A stretch of DNA of 63,261 nucleotides, the filler included, from Globobulimina sp. (Eukaryota): NCBI GenBank assembly GCA_003354225.1. It is 34 parts of 34 records of this genome, joined end to end, with 100 filler letters (N's around TTAATTAATTAA, not from the genome) between each part and the next. Parts side by side here need not be neighbours in the genome. Positions count along the whole stretch, not along the records: positions 24,242 to 26,005 come from PIVH01012216.1; positions 26,106 to 27,869 come from PIVH01012217.1; positions 27,970 to 29,733 come from PIVH01012218.1; positions 29,834 to 31,597 come from PIVH01012219.1; positions 31,698 to 33,461 come from PIVH01012220.1; positions 33,562 to 35,324 come from PIVH01012221.1; positions 35,425 to 37,187 come from PIVH01012222.1; positions 37,288 to 39,050 come from PIVH01012223.1; 26 more parts are not named here. One strand, written 5' to 3'. This document shows, one piece after another, positions 25,640 through 39,349 of this stretch. The position numbers were made by a program, and so were the translations under genes. Positions within the stretch are counted from its first letter, which is position 1, and each line of letters starts with the position of its first letter. The notes under the pieces are model-generated. The model did not search any database. It was not told where the DNA came from and was given only the letters and a program-made list of their open reading frames with translations.

Positions 25640-26005
25640 AACACATAGGCTATGTACTTCATTTTTTACATATAATAAATGCTGGTATTGCGAGAATGAT
25701 GCGTTGTATGATAACTATATAATATAACATTATCTTTGTTTTACGTTTGATAAACAGCCGCATTCTGTTGTTAGTCAACAACATTTCGATATATTTCAAT
25801 TGTTTATTGATATTACGTCGGGAGTATTGAATGTGGAAGCGATTAATCATAACTGAAAATACCAAGTCGTCCACATATAACATCATTTGATATCGAGTTG
25901 GGTCAATCACTGTATAATATATCGGATCAATATATAACAAACTGAATAATGGACTCATAGGTCTCCCTTGATCCAATCCTATTAATTGTAGGAACCATTC
26001 CGAAC
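25640..26005 (-). mobile_element. Degenerate non-LTR retrotransposon reverse transcriptase fragment
   Basis: SEWF...GLDQGRPMSP, YVDDLV and NRMRL...KTKIM motifs, followed by a stop. Confidence 0.8.
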
Positions 26006-26300
26006 NNNNNNNNNNNNNNNNNNNNNNNNNNNNNNNNNNNNNNNNNNNNTTAATTAATTAANNNNNNNNNNNNNNNNNNNNNNNNNNNNNNNNNNNNNNN
26101 NNNNNCTTAATATATTAATTAATATATTATGTACAGTTTGGGCACAAAAGGATAAAACTGGTAAATCATCAATGGCGCTTTGTTTTTTTTTTGTGCAATA
26201 TCCTTGCACAATACACTATTTATTTTGCAGCTTAGCTGAAAGAATCTTTTTGAAAACAGTCCTCATTTATTCTTCACTTTACGCATTTTAGTGGCACAAT

Positions 26301-27869
26301 ATGATGCTCATTTTGCTGTTAGTTTATTTGCCTACATTCCATATGATTTATATTGATGCCACCACAACAAACGAAGTTATTTGGTGCCAAATAGGCTGGG
26401 ATACAGTCTCCAGGCAATTGGTAGATGACGTTAGTGTTCATAGCGTTGCAAGATCGCATGCTCCATTACTTATTCCAACCCAACATCCGTTGGCACTTTT
26501 AGTATCTGGTCCCAGTTTAACATTAAATTTCACGGTGACATATAACAAACATTACATGTTATCATCATTCCCATGCGATATAAATACGTTATCTCTTTCA
26601 ATCAGGAACCGTTTTGTTAACAAAAAATATGCAGCAACGTCAAAAGCAGAAACAATTGCAAAAGCAGCAAATATTTCAACTTCAATCATCAAATTGTTTG
26701 ATACCGTCAGAAAACAGATTATTTTCCACGTTGATATGGATTGGGAATATTTAGAATGGCAATTTTCAAATTGGAATTTTACATTGGTTTTCCATGAAAC
26801 AATAAATAATATAAATATCACATCTCAACCAATAACAATTATGAACGTACCTCAAAAATTTATAGTCACTGGAAATAATCCACAATTTAATTATTTGTAC
26901 GGCGAATATTCTTTGAGTGCTAAGGTAATCAATTTCTGTTACTCCAAAGTTGAACAACCCTCAAAGTCAGATTCTTTTTTTGAACAACCCTCAAAATGCG
27001 CACATATTTGAAAAATCATACGCATAAAGAACATAATCATAATTAACAAAAACGTTTTTGTTTTATTTTCTAAGGCTCAATTTACTTTGTTTAGCTCTAT
27101 AAACACGAATGGTGTTTATTTTCAAAATCCTGCAAATGGTACAAGTGTATTTACATTTATTTATATGGGACATATATATCCTTTATCACAATGGGTATTT
27201 TTTGACAATTATGGCGAATTAGCAGCGCCAATAATTGCATCCAATCAAAGTATTAATGATAATTTCTTTCAAATATTGCATATGCCAACGACTAAGACAT
27301 TTATAGACAACGATGCCAACGAATATTCTTTAAATTTTGCATTCTTATCAAATAAGGAAATTCAAAGTGATCGAGTATATAATCCATATTTAGAATGCAG
27401 TGTTACGCAATATTTAGTAAATTATTTGTCTGCATATAAGTTTGTAGCAAATTCATTTGAATTAAATTTAGAACAATTTAATAATACATCATGGTATAAT
27501 ATTGATGAATGTGTTGGGAGACGATGCATATTTGGAGTTCGCTTAAATCGATTTGATCATTTTTTAATGTTAGAATATAATGACTATCAATACGACGCTG
27601 TCCGATGGAAACTGCTTCAAAGTTGGATGTTTTGTTGGTCCCTCGAATGGTGGCTCTCGGCATATCTCCCAAACTCAGAATATCAGACAAATGAAACGGA
27701 CGAATTGCCAACGACTATTCATTATCTTCCTGTTTCTGACTGTTCAACACATGAAGGTATAACGTATACTATTTATATTTGCTAAATTTAATGAATAATA
27801 CAATTAAATCAAGGTAATAAATTAAAGAAAGAATATGGAGCAAATAGAGTGATGACGAAGGAAATATTT
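26301..27869 (+). CDS. Uncharacterised secreted/membrane protein, spliced, 3'-partial
   Basis: Hydrophobic N-terminus; two long ORFs separated by a ~150-bp GT-AG interval. Confidence 0.5.
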
Positions 27870-28023
27870 NNNNNNNNNNNNNNNNNNNNNNNNNNNNNNN
27901 NNNNNNNNNNNNNTTAATTAATTAANNNNNNNNNNNNNNNNNNNNNNNNNNNNNNNNNNNNNNNNNNNNAACAACGCCGTGTAAAATAGGTGTGATTAAA
28001 TAAAATAAAATAAATGAATGCAA

Positions 28024-28356
28024 TCATTTCATTGACTGTAAGATTTCGTCTCTCATTTTATAAAACTCAGCAATATTTTCATCAGCCACTTTATCGCCAG
28101 TAATTATCTTTATTTTATTCTTTTTCTCTTTTATTTTCTTTAAATGTTTATTATTTTGAATTCGTTGCCAATAATTTTCAAAATCTAATTGAATTCGTCT
28201 CCTGTTCTTTTTTAACATACATTTAATGTGATCTATCTCCACTTTGCTGCTCTTTAATGACACATAATATTTACGATATACTTCTTTTTCTTTTTCGATT
28301 TCATATTTCAACGCATTCGCTTCTTCATCATCGCCCTCATTATGCTGTGTAAACAA
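28024..28356 (-). CDS. KIF6: Kinesin-9 (KIF6-like) C-terminal exon
   Basis: Y..LK..KVEIDHIK.ML.K.RRRIQLDFENYW and ITGDKVADENIAEFYKMRD motifs. Confidence 0.65.
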   Translation of the reverse strand: MFTQHNEGDDEEANALKYEIEKEKEVYRKYYVSLKSSKVEIDHIKCMLKKNRRRIQLDFENYWQRIQNNKHLKKIKEKKNKIKIITGDKVADENIAEFYKMRDEILQSMK

Positions 28357-28698
28357 CCTACACTCAAAGAAAAAATAAATGTTTTTAAAAACAACAAGAA
28401 AAATATACACATACTGTATAAAGATTTGATTGTTTGACAAATATTTTGAACACATTATTTCTTTTAAATGCATTCATATTCCCATGTTCAATTCCGATGG
28501 ATTTTTCTGAGGGCTGGGGGACGAATACGTGCATATACTAAAATCACATCATCTTTTTTTGAATTTGCAGACTCCGAAGTCATATCTGACAAAGCTTGGC
28601 TTACAAAACTGCCGAAAACTGCTCATATAATATAAAGAGGTAGCTGGTAGAGATAGACCATGGCCCTCAATGGAACAAAATCCCAGTTACTACAAGAC

Positions 28699-29502
28699 TT
28701 AATCCGGCAAACAGGAGCGACAAATATGAGACATGCAGGCAATGCACCATTTATAACTGAGACAGCTGAAGACAAAAATATAGGGATGACAATAATGGAT
28801 GAATTCCAAGCCATAGATATTGAAACACATGGCACCGATCCAGCAAATCCAACAATTGACGTGGAACCAGAACCATTATGTGCATCCCGTAGCAGATCGT
28901 TATCAGATAAATTGAACAGATCGACGCCCGTATTGTTTCTTAAGATGCACGGCGAAAAACTGATTGGTAAACAAGATTTGGTGAAATGTAATGAGCGGAT
29001 AAGGAGTGAATGGACTAATTGGGTCGTTGGACTTTCCTGTGCTTGTTTCTTAATGCCCACTGTAACTATCATAGTATTGCGAGCATGGAATACTGTTCGA
29101 ATGTGTATAATATTTGATGCCATTTATTTTTTGTTAGTGGCCATATGCAGCTTTCTCAGCGATTATGTGTATTGCTATGTGAATGTGCGAGAGAGGCCAT
29201 GCAATCTAAAATTTGAAATCATTGACAGTTGGACTGCAACGGGCGGTGTTTTAATTGTGATTGTTAGCATTTTAATTAATCCGTATCCAGTGCTATTTCG
29301 TTTGTTCGATTTTGTAATATTATTGTTTGCCATCTATTTAATTAATAAAAGTCGCAACACACAGACTGGTAAAGAATGGAGGAAATGGCATTGTATTTGG
29401 CATGTTTATTGTGGCTGTGGTCTGTCGTATATATATACTCAAGAATATTTGTTAAAAATTGGTATTATCAAATCTCATGATTGGTGGTGGCCATGTATTT
29501 AA
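28699..29502 (+). CDS. Multi-pass membrane protein, CREST-superfamily-like
   Basis: TM helices with SFLSD, D.WTA and WHCIWH motifs. Confidence 0.5.
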   Translation, partial: LIRQTGATNMRHAGNAPFITETAEDKNIGMTIMDEFQAIDIETHGTDPANPTIDVEPEPLCASRSRSLSDKLNRSTPVLFLKMHGEKLIGKQDLVKCNERIRSEWTNWVVGLSCACFLMPTVTIIVLRAWNTVRMCIIFDAIYFLLVAICSFLSDYVYCYVNVRERPCNLKFEIIDSWTATGGVLIVIVSILINPYPVLFRLFDFVILLFAIYLINKSRNTQTGKEWRKWHCIWHVYCGCGLSYIYTQEYLLKIGIIKSHDWWWPCI

Positions 29503-29833
29503 TTTAAGGTTGATTGCAAATTAGCAGTAACTTATAGGTATCCTTGCACTTAATATTATAATTAATTTATTACCTAAAAACGCCATAAAAGTAACTTTAT
29601 TTGCTGTTTTTTGCTATAGCCAGAACTGTTTTATTTAATAAAATAGAAACGAAAAACACTTTTATTTAATAAAATAGAAACAAAAAAACAGAATTTTGAG
29701 ACTCAAAAAGCAAACATAAATTACAAAAAATAANNNNNNNNNNNNNNNNNNNNNNNNNNNNNNNNNNNNNNNNNNNNTTAATTAATTAANNNNNNNNNNN
29801 NNNNNNNNNNNNNNNNNNNNNNNNNNNNNNNNN

Positions 29834-29995
29834 AATATGATTGCCGGCAGCGCATTGACCCGGGTGGACAACACCTCATATATGGGTCTTGGCATCCCTG
29901 AAATCGTCCCCCCCCCGGGGCCTGACGATATAGATGAAACCGTGGTGCTGAATACTGCAGAAGATAGTCTTATTGCCCAGGTAAAATTAAATTGA
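29834..29995 (+). CDS. Bacterial CheX/CheC-family protein, C-terminal fragment
   Basis: NMIAG...LGIPEI motif directly upstream of cheB. Confidence 0.6.
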   Translation, partial: NMIAGSALTRVDNTSYMGLGIPEIVPPPGPDDIDETVVLNTAEDSLIAQVKLN

Positions 29996-30009
29996 TCCGG
30001 AGACCTTAA

Positions 30010-30390
<381 letters not shown>

Positions 30391-30406
30391 TTTATCTGCT
30401 TTGCAG

Positions 30407-31597
30407 GATTTGCCTGCCCAAAGATTGCAAGCCGTCTGTCAGTTTGCGAAGAATATGGGATTTAATACTGGGCCTTTTGTCACGCCACGAGATATTTTGA
30501 ATGAATGTAGCGATTTGAATTTAGCTTTTTTAGGTACATTATTCATTGAAGCACCAAACCCCACAGCATCGGAGAATAATTTTGCTGCGGAAATTAAATT
30601 TATTGATCATAAATATGATCGATGTCAGAAATTATTCAGATCCGCCAAGGTGAGGGACCAGGCGCGAATGAAAATATTTTTAGATGAAATATTAGCGACT
30701 GTTGGTGAAATAGATGGGTATTTGTCGGAGGCAGTTAAAGCTGGCCATATTTGGACTGATATGACGTCGATGATTGCATTGCAAGTCGCCACTGTGTTGG
30801 CTTATCGATACAGAAATAAACAGCCAATGCATCCCAAAGATCCCGTTGAAACCGCAATTTTATGCAGAATGTGCACATTGCCACGCAATGGAATCGAACA
30901 ATACTTAGCAAATGATAAAGATTACGACGATTTGTGTGAATTATTGTCTTTATATGCTCGCGATTTGAGAGAAATATTTGATATATATTGTAATTACGCG
31001 GTGGGCAATACACGTTTATCTGTGTTGCGTTGGATGGTATTTGCAAGAAATTTGAAAGTGACTGACAAGAAATTTAATAATCTAAAATTGCGTGAAATAT
31101 TAAGAACAAATTTAATGATGAATTGTGACGCAATGTTAGATCGTGAATTGTTCTCTGAATCTGTTGTTCATATCGCAGCGCAAAAATTTGCAAACCATCC
31201 AAAATATAAATGTTTGACGGAGAAAGTGCGGGTTATCTTAGAAACGCATTTGAAATATGCCAAGAAATCGGATGAAATTCCATTTAAACAATCACCATTT
31301 ACCAAAAAAGGCATTGAAAGCATTTTTAAAGAGTATGGAGGTGAGTTGAAAGAAATATTTTCATTTTATTCACGCGCAGATCAACAAATAAAAAATCCAG
31401 ATGCAGTAAAATTGCAATTATTAGATCAACCATTAAAAATAACTCAATTTGCATCAATGGTAAAACATGCGGGATTGGCCGAAGTGGCATATTCGAATCA
31501 AGTTAGTTTCTTAGATTCTGTGGTGGACCAAATTCAAAATATATTGAATAGCCACATTGCTCCAAATGCCACAGAAATTGTATACGAAGAGTTTCTA
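30407..31597 (+). CDS. Eukaryotic calponin-homology/EF-hand-like protein, internal exon
   Basis: FVTPRDIL...DLNLAFLGTLF (end of a fimbrin-like CH domain) and LKEIFSFY EF-like segments; preceded by a TTGCAG acceptor. Confidence 0.6.
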
Positions 31598-31697
31598 NNN
31601 NNNNNNNNNNNNNNNNNNNNNNNNNNNNNNNNNNNNNNNNNTTAATTAATTAANNNNNNNNNNNNNNNNNNNNNNNNNNNNNNNNNNNNNNNNNNNN

Positions 31698-33148
31698 TTA
31701 TTAGATACATACAAATGTTGTTGATTGATTACAAATGCATTCATTGGCATAGTTGAATTAAATCTTAATTGCTGAAATGATAAAAATACATCATGAGATA
31801 CCAACACTTTATTATTAATATTCAATATTTTATTTTTCATTCCATCAAATGGATAAAACTTGGCATCGCAATTAGGACACTCATAGCAATAAACACGAAT
31901 ACTAATAGCAAATGTTGCATTAAATAATAATGCGTCTGATTCGACTAAACATAAATCTAATTCACTAAAGTCGTGGCCACAGTTACATTGTGTTTCAAAT
32001 GGAGATAATTGTTTTGGTATAGTTCTAGATGCAGTATGATTGTAATATATTTCTTGATGTTTAATATCATCATATTTGGTTCTATTCTGATGTGGAACAG
32101 GGATTTGTTTATCTGATATGCAAATATTTGTATCATCATACAAAGCTTCCGGAATATTAAAACCATTCTGATCATTCCAAGCGGGGGGCTCTGGATCATG
32201 GCGGTAATCATCGATATTAAAATTAAGTGCATTACAAACTGTTCTTTTGCATTCACAGCGCCGCGAATGATTGCTACATACAATGTTTTTAATTCTATTG
32301 GTAATATGTACGAAACTATAATCGCCATCAATGGGTTGAACTGAATAAATAACTTTTTTTCTGCCGTATTTCGGAAAATCAATGGTCATAATACCGCCTA
32401 AATCTGTATTTTTATCATCACTCTCATCATAATCTATTAATGGTAACTGTGTGGGGTTATTATTTTCTATTAATGTCGCAATTAATGTATGATCACAAAA
32501 TTGACGACAATTGACAAATATGAAGTGTCTACATTTGCAAATCCAATGGTTACTTCGCTTTTGTACATGGAGATAATGACCATATTTTATGGTACGATTT
32601 TTATAATTAAATTCAGGCAAAATGATACATGAATTATCAGCATTACGACAACGAATATGCGTTTTCTTAAATGATACTATTTGTTCATGATAAATATCAA
32701 AACAATCTGAAGGTTTATAATTATTGTCATTCAAAATATTTTTAATGTATTGCGATGGTGCTATATTGGGATAGTTGTGTTCTTCTATGGGTTCAATATC
32801 AATATCAATTTCATTATGCTGCGGATAATCAAAATGAATATTTGTTTGTTGTTGTTTATGTGGATTCAAAGTTATATTGATTCCATTATATTGCTGTATA
32901 ATTTGTGGAGGATTTATGTTTGTTTCAGAAGGTTTCCTGTTGTTTGTTTCAGAATGTTTCCGCTTTCTTTTTTTCTTTTTTTGTTTTATTATTGTCTGTG
33001 TCTTGACTTTTATCTGTTTGATATTTTTGTTGTTTACTTTTCTAGACCGCACTTTGTATGTTAGTTTATGTGCAATTTTTGAGCGGACAGTAAATTGTCT
33101 GTCACAGTTCTTAACGTTTTCAATACTATTTGCAATAAACGTTTTCAT
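31698..33148 (-). mobile_element. KDZ-transposon-like ORF with SWIM finger and CxC cysteine cluster, 3'-partial
   Basis: CKC...CDH SWIM finger; CNCG...A.LFN......VYCYECPNC...PFDG....I.N.NN..LVSH; intronless. Confidence 0.65.
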
Positions 33149-33180
33149 TGCAAATAATCAATAATAGTGTGCAGTTAATT

Positions 33181-33322
33181 AATGTACAGTGTGCAAAGAA
33201 TTAAAATAGTTTTGATGACTGATGACGTTATGATGACATGACATGATATCATTAATGTACAGTGTGCAAGAATGATTTATGTGAAATGTACAGTGCGTAA
33301 TTAAATAATGTACGGTGTGCAA
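33181..33322. repeat. Four copies of AATGTACRGTGYG upstream of the KDZ-like ORF
   Basis: Copies at about 33181, 33255, 33285 and 33308. Confidence 0.85.
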
Positions 33323-34100
33323 GAATGAACAAAACAAAACAAAATAACATTAAATAAGTCATAACAAACAAACAACAAAATATTATTATATACAAATATT
33401 CTCTCCAATTGCCATACTGTTGTACGGTTGGAAAAGCCGCTGCAAGGACTGCAAAGGGAGGNNNNNNNNNNNNNNNNNNNNNNNNNNNNNNNNNNNNNNN
33501 NNNNNTTAATTAATTAANNNNNNNNNNNNNNNNNNNNNNNNNNNNNNNNNNNNNNNNNNNNTCACTGATTGCTGGAAGGAAAATAGGTTATATTCTGCAG
33601 TACATTGTAATAATAATGAATTTGACGAGCATCCTCATGTTATGTCACAATTGATATTGAATGTCACTTCCATTAATTGTGGTAGCATATACATTTGAAT
33701 CTGTTACAGTGATATTGATATTTATTGTATGAATCCGAAAGCCTGTTTTGGAGCAAATTTTAATTTATAAAACACCGCAAACATAAATTTAAATTGTAAT
33801 ACAGCTTTATTTAAATTCATTGCGATGTTGATGTTGACAATGACAATATGTATCACATCATTTTGCTGTCCATGGCCAAGTGAATCACCAACAAAATTAC
33901 CAACATTATCTCCAATTACGCTGACCTATGACATTTTATCGAGAAACTGTTTTAAATATCTGACCATTAAAATAGATGCAATTTGTTGTGTGGTGTGTAG
34001 AGTGCAAGGAATTATAAAAGCAAAACTCCACTATGTATAGATAAAAGGTACTGTACTTACAATAATAATAACACAATTAATTACTTCAAAGTGGTCTATA

Positions 34101-35324
34101 CTACAATTGTTGCTTATTTTTTTCATTTCTCGAGCCATAGGCTCTCGCATGCGGACAATCCGGATAATAAAACGAAGACAATGGCAAAAACACATCCAAT
34201 GCCTTCCACTCCACCGCCTCCGGCAACTTCTTCCCCAAACCAAACCATTGTACTTTACAGATAGTATGATTCCATTTTTGTGGCTCACCCACATATCCAA
34301 TGAAATGCTTCGCCTTTCCAGTGGCGGAGGACATGACCCGCACCAATATCGGCCCAAACTTGTTCGCATCCCATTGTTCTAATTTATTTGTTATATAATC
34401 AATGAACGCCTGTTCAGAGGCAAAATCCCTCCTTGTTTTCAAGCGCACCAATTTGGGCCGAATGTCATCCATTTTCTGGTTGACAATATGCAATTCATTG
34501 CCCCATTTCGTTTCTATCCCTTCCATTGAGCTCTTCATCTCAGACAATTTGCCCTCTATCTCGTCCATATTAACGCCGCCATTCTGTCGCGGCGACTGCA
34601 TTTTTTGTTCCTTGTATAATTTCCTCGCAATATCGCAACAACACAGCACATAGAACCTACCTTTGACGCAAACATGTCGTCGTTTTCAATGGAACGTTTG
34701 CGGTGATGATGCTTCTCTTTCTTCAAATCGTTGGTCACTTTGACTAATTTTTTGGTCAATTTCGTACACAAAGCCTCCAATGCTTGTATGCGTTCCTCTA
34801 ATTTCAACCTCTCTTCCTTCTCAGTATTAAATTTCTCCTTTACCTGTTTCACGACGAACTGGATCTGTTTCAAGGCGTCGTCGCCGCCACCACTTGTGCT
34901 GTGGGAGGAGGACAAGGAAGAGGACGACTTGGATTTGGACGAGAAGGGGTCAGAATGGTCTTTCTTTTCTATCTTTTTTTTTTTTAATGTGATGGTCCAT
35001 TTAGTGGTTTCATCGTCGAATTTCGAGATTTCCTCTAAGATCATACGCATCGATGAGGAGTGGATGGTGTAATATACTTTGAGTTCGTCGGGCGATTTGG
35101 ATTCGATGCCCATTTTTAACCGATTGTAAAAGCCTTTTATGGATTGGAAAAAACCGATTTTTTTTAATGATTCCTCGGTATGTTCAGTGTAATATTGTTC
35201 TTGTGACTTTAATTTGTTTTTCGCCTGAATTTTCACCTTTTTTTTCGAGGAATCCACTGTGACTGAAAATAAAAAGGGGTGGGATTTGTTGGATGTTATC
35301 ATTGTAGCCCCGGGATTTGTGCGT
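34101..35324 (-). CDS. Protein with a CCDC61/SAS-6-like head and coiled coil, spliced (intron ~34597-34660)
   Basis: Beta-rich N-terminal head followed by a coiled coil; in-frame SK|SPRQ splice. Confidence 0.45.
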
Positions 35325-35424
35325 NNNNNNNNNNNNNNNNNNNNNNNNNNNNNNNNNNNNNNNNNNNNTTAATTAATTAANNNNNNNNNNNNNNNNNNNN
35401 NNNNNNNNNNNNNNNNNNNNNNNN

Positions 35425-35598
35425 GTAAATCAATTGAACAGTTTGTAGATAAATTTGATGAGCAAAATATTAGCGGGAAAACTGCATCGAAGATGAAACA
35501 CAACGATTGGTTTTTTATTGGAATTAAAGATATGGGACTTCGATTGGCCATAATGGATGCTGTAAATGACAAATTAAATAAATGTAAATATTTATAGT
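35425..35598 (+). CDS. SAM-domain C-terminal fragment
   Basis: EQFVDKFDEQNISGKT.......W..IGIKDMGLRLAIMDAV. Confidence 0.65.
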
Positions 35599-36231
35599 TA
35601 TTACTTATACATATCCTCATTACGCAGTGTTTTTCATACACTATAGTATATTACAAAAAAATCCCATAAACAAACACAACGTAAACAAAATAGATATAAA
35701 ATCTGCTGCTCTCAAACAGATAACCTGATTTTTCAGTGATTGCAGGGATATTTTATAATATTAATTAAATGAAATAAAAATTAGTAAATATTGTCTTTCT
35801 GGATATGTCTTATGTTGGACATATCCCCATGGCCCATGTCATATAATAGTAATCTTTCTTACACTTGATTTCTTAATGTTGTTAATGCTTTGGAAACTGG
35901 ATGGGTTTCTTGATGTCGTTTGCCTTTAGATTTAGATTTAGATTTTGGTTTTGCTTTTTCTTTTTCTTTTTTATTTGATTCTGCTGGATTTGTTGTGGTT
36001 GATGGCTAATTTATAGTAGCTCTTTTTGTGATAATTGAGGTGGTGTTTTTGAGATTGTTGGTCAAGATTGGAGCCAGTGCCCGATCCTATTGAGGATGCT
36101 TATTTTTTTGGATCAATTGCTTTTTTGATGGTTTTTTTTAATTTTAGAGCAATGTAATTGATATATTTTGAAGATTAATTAAAATATATTAAAACAGAAA
36201 AAAACTTAAGCAAAAAAGTGTTTGTTGGATA

Positions 36232-37187
36232 ATGGCAAGTCTTCAAGAAACAATCCCTGACCAAACTCAAGGCGAAGGTGATGATTTTGATTTTAATAAA
36301 TGGATCGAACAAAACCATCTCGAACAGGCAAAACAATTCTTTATAAAACATGGCATGACCGATAGAGATTCAATATCAACGAATTCTCCTTCATTTGTTA
36401 AATTAATATCAGATTTATTCGCATCCCAACCTGTATTAGCTCCATTGGTGGTTTCTGCCATTCAAACCTTAGCATCATTGCCACAAAAACCAAAACGTAT
36501 AATCGTATACGTAGCAGATGAAGAACATAATGTAATCGATCAAATAACAGCAAATTTGAAAGAAATTGATGCATTTCAAATTAGTGTAAATTCATTAAAC
36601 AAACAATTACCAGCAAGTTTACAGAAAATTAAAACCGAAAAATTAAAACAAATTAAAAATACCAAACAAAAAAGCAATTATTCATTCAATGAAATCAAAG
36701 AAAAAATAGTTGTTTGTCAAGAAAAAATAGAAAATGAGTTAAATAAAATTGAATCGAAAATAAATGAGACTGACCAGAAAAACGAAGAAGAAACCAAAGA
36801 AAGTGAAATATTGAGAGAGAGTGCAAAAATAATGCAGTCAGAGCGAGCATATTTAGCTCAAAAATTGAATGAATGCAATGATAAAATTAATTCGATGGGA
36901 AACGATCAAAGACAGCGAAGAAAAGAAGAAATTATAAATATTGGAAAAGAAACAAATGAACAATTTGCTAACAACAAAAAAATATTAAATGATAATATTA
37001 AAAATGTGCAAGTCGCAGTGGCTGAAAATAATAAATCTGTGATAAAAATTGATTTTATATTAAATGAAAAATATAGAAAAAAATTATTAACGGCAATACA
37101 AAATATTGGATTTATTGTAAATGAACAATTTCAGCCTCAGTCACCACCAAATATACAATATGAGAGTAAAGAGGATGAGGATCAGCG
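36232..37187 (+). CDS. SAM-like N-terminus plus coiled-coil protein, 3'-partial
   Basis: FNKWIEQNHL...KQFFIKHGM followed by a long heptad-rich region. Confidence 0.6.
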
Positions 37188-37575
37188 NNNNNNNNNNNNN
37201 NNNNNNNNNNNNNNNNNNNNNNNNNNNNNNNTTAATTAATTAANNNNNNNNNNNNNNNNNNNNNNNNNNNNNNNNNNNNNNNNNNNNCTTGGAAACCGCA
37301 CAGAAACGTTACCCGCTCTGATCTGAAAACGTCATATCAGTTCTCGACGTCGTCTCGAACGGAAACAACGTTTTACGATCATCGGGAATTTGAACGTATA
37401 CAAACACACAAAATAAATAGATAAAAAATAGTTTATATTAAGCAGTACTCGGCAGAGCCTCGTAACATTTACATTTTATATTACGCAGTACTCGGCAAAG
37501 CCTCGTAACCTTTATAGTTTATAAAAAATAGACAACATACTAAATAATAATCCTTCATTCTTATTCTCATTGCTC

Positions 37576-37665
37576 TCCATTTTCGCGTCATCATCATCAT
37601 CCATTTTCGCGTCATCATCATCATCCATTTTCGCGTCATCATCATCATCCATTTTCGCGTCATCC
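37576..37665 (-). repeat. 24-bp tandem repeat (DDDDDAKM if coding)
   Basis: TCCATTTTCGCGTCATCATCATCA x~3.7; a separate 34-bp direct repeat lies at 37433/37476. Confidence 0.9.
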
Positions 37666-39349
37666 TTCCATTCAGAATCTGCACTTTCTTCCATATTATC
37701 TTCATCCACCGACTCGTAAGCAATTGTATCCATTACACTCCTTATTTCGTCAAATTCTTCATCAACAAAACTCGATCTGCGGCTTCTTAAAATCCTATCC
37801 GATTTCGTATTTGAATCAGTGACTACTAAACTGCGATGGTGGCAAGATATACGTGGCAAAATAACTAAATACTTTTGAAGTAAAGTTAATACACTTAAGT
37901 TTTAATATATTTGCAATTCAATTGTTTTTCCGCAAACCCAATGCAAACTTTATATTGATCGATATGTATACAAAGGGGGCGGGTTATGTATCAAAAGTTG
38001 ATTGTTATGTCGCTATTCAGATTTAACAAAGCAATGAATAAATAATCTCTTTGCATCCACACAGCAGAAAACATCCAAACTAATCAATGCAATGAGCAGC
38101 TGAAAAATATTAATATTGGATAAAAACATTTTGAATGATACGTTTCTATAAATTCTATAAAGTCCACTTTCAAATATTAATTCATTTTCTTTCCGATAGC
38201 AAAAATGACAAACATTTATAATTAATAGAAATCTGAAATTAATTCAACCTCAAGAAATAGAAAAGTGCGATATGCTCATCCAGCTGATAAGGATCATAAA
38301 TATTTGCATTCACAAAAGACGATAAAATAAATGTTTACAACTGTACATATCAAAAAACATGCAGCATTTGCTTGGAAATATAATAATTGCGGTCACCAAA
38401 CAACACATAACATCGTCGTAAATGAAGTCTTCATCTCGTTGCTGTTTCACAGTTTTTATTTAAATTAAAAAACAAGGTTGTTTCGATCCGCAATCTGTGA
38501 GCTCGAGCGTGGAATCGGACTTTGCAGGTATCAATGTTACAAAAAACAAGAAAAACACGGTGTATTAAAAACGCAATTGTTGATATTGACGATGTAAATA
38601 TATAAATTGGGCTCATTTTGCAAGAATAAAATTGAGAGAAAGAGAGATTGCATTGTTAATACGAAAAAGACTTAGAAAATGTAATGATGTCATTGTTGAA
38701 TGTATCGCCAAATTTACGACGCAAAACAAAGACACATTCGACGAGCACAAAGGCAATGTGCATATATATGTGGATCGCATGGAAGAGGACAATTATTGGT
38801 CATATCGGCAAATGCATGGCATCCTGACATATAACGGCTGTATTATGAAGAAATGCGGCGATGCCATCTCAAAACAATTAGAAAATTGGAATGGTTACTT
38901 GATTTGAAAACAGATTGCTTTTGGAGGGACCATTTATGAAAACAGATTGGTTTTAGAGGGCAGCTTTTCATAAATGTTCCTCTCGGAAACATGTACAAAT
39001 CCTAAATGTCCCTCTAATATTCATACAAATAAAAAAAAACACTTAGTTCANNNNNNNNNNNNNNNNNNNNNNNNNNNNNNNNNNNNNNNNNNNNTTAATT
39101 AATTAANNNNNNNNNNNNNNNNNNNNNNNNNNNNNNNNNNNNNNNNNNNNTCAATCATTATAATTAGCATAGCAACGTTATATAGAATACGCAAACACCA
39201 CAAACAAAATAAATTCCCGTTTTTCGTTCACATTAACCAGGTCATATTCTATAGCATAAGTGTAGCATTTGGAATATCGGAACTTTTCATATTGCAATAT
39301 CGGAACATATTCTATAGCATAAGTGTTCAAACATGATCGCATTATCATT

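Noticed and set aside
28530..28548. CATATACTAAAAT match to U6 snRNA
   Set aside because: The match is only ~13 nt and no ACAGAGA box or other U6 sequence follows.
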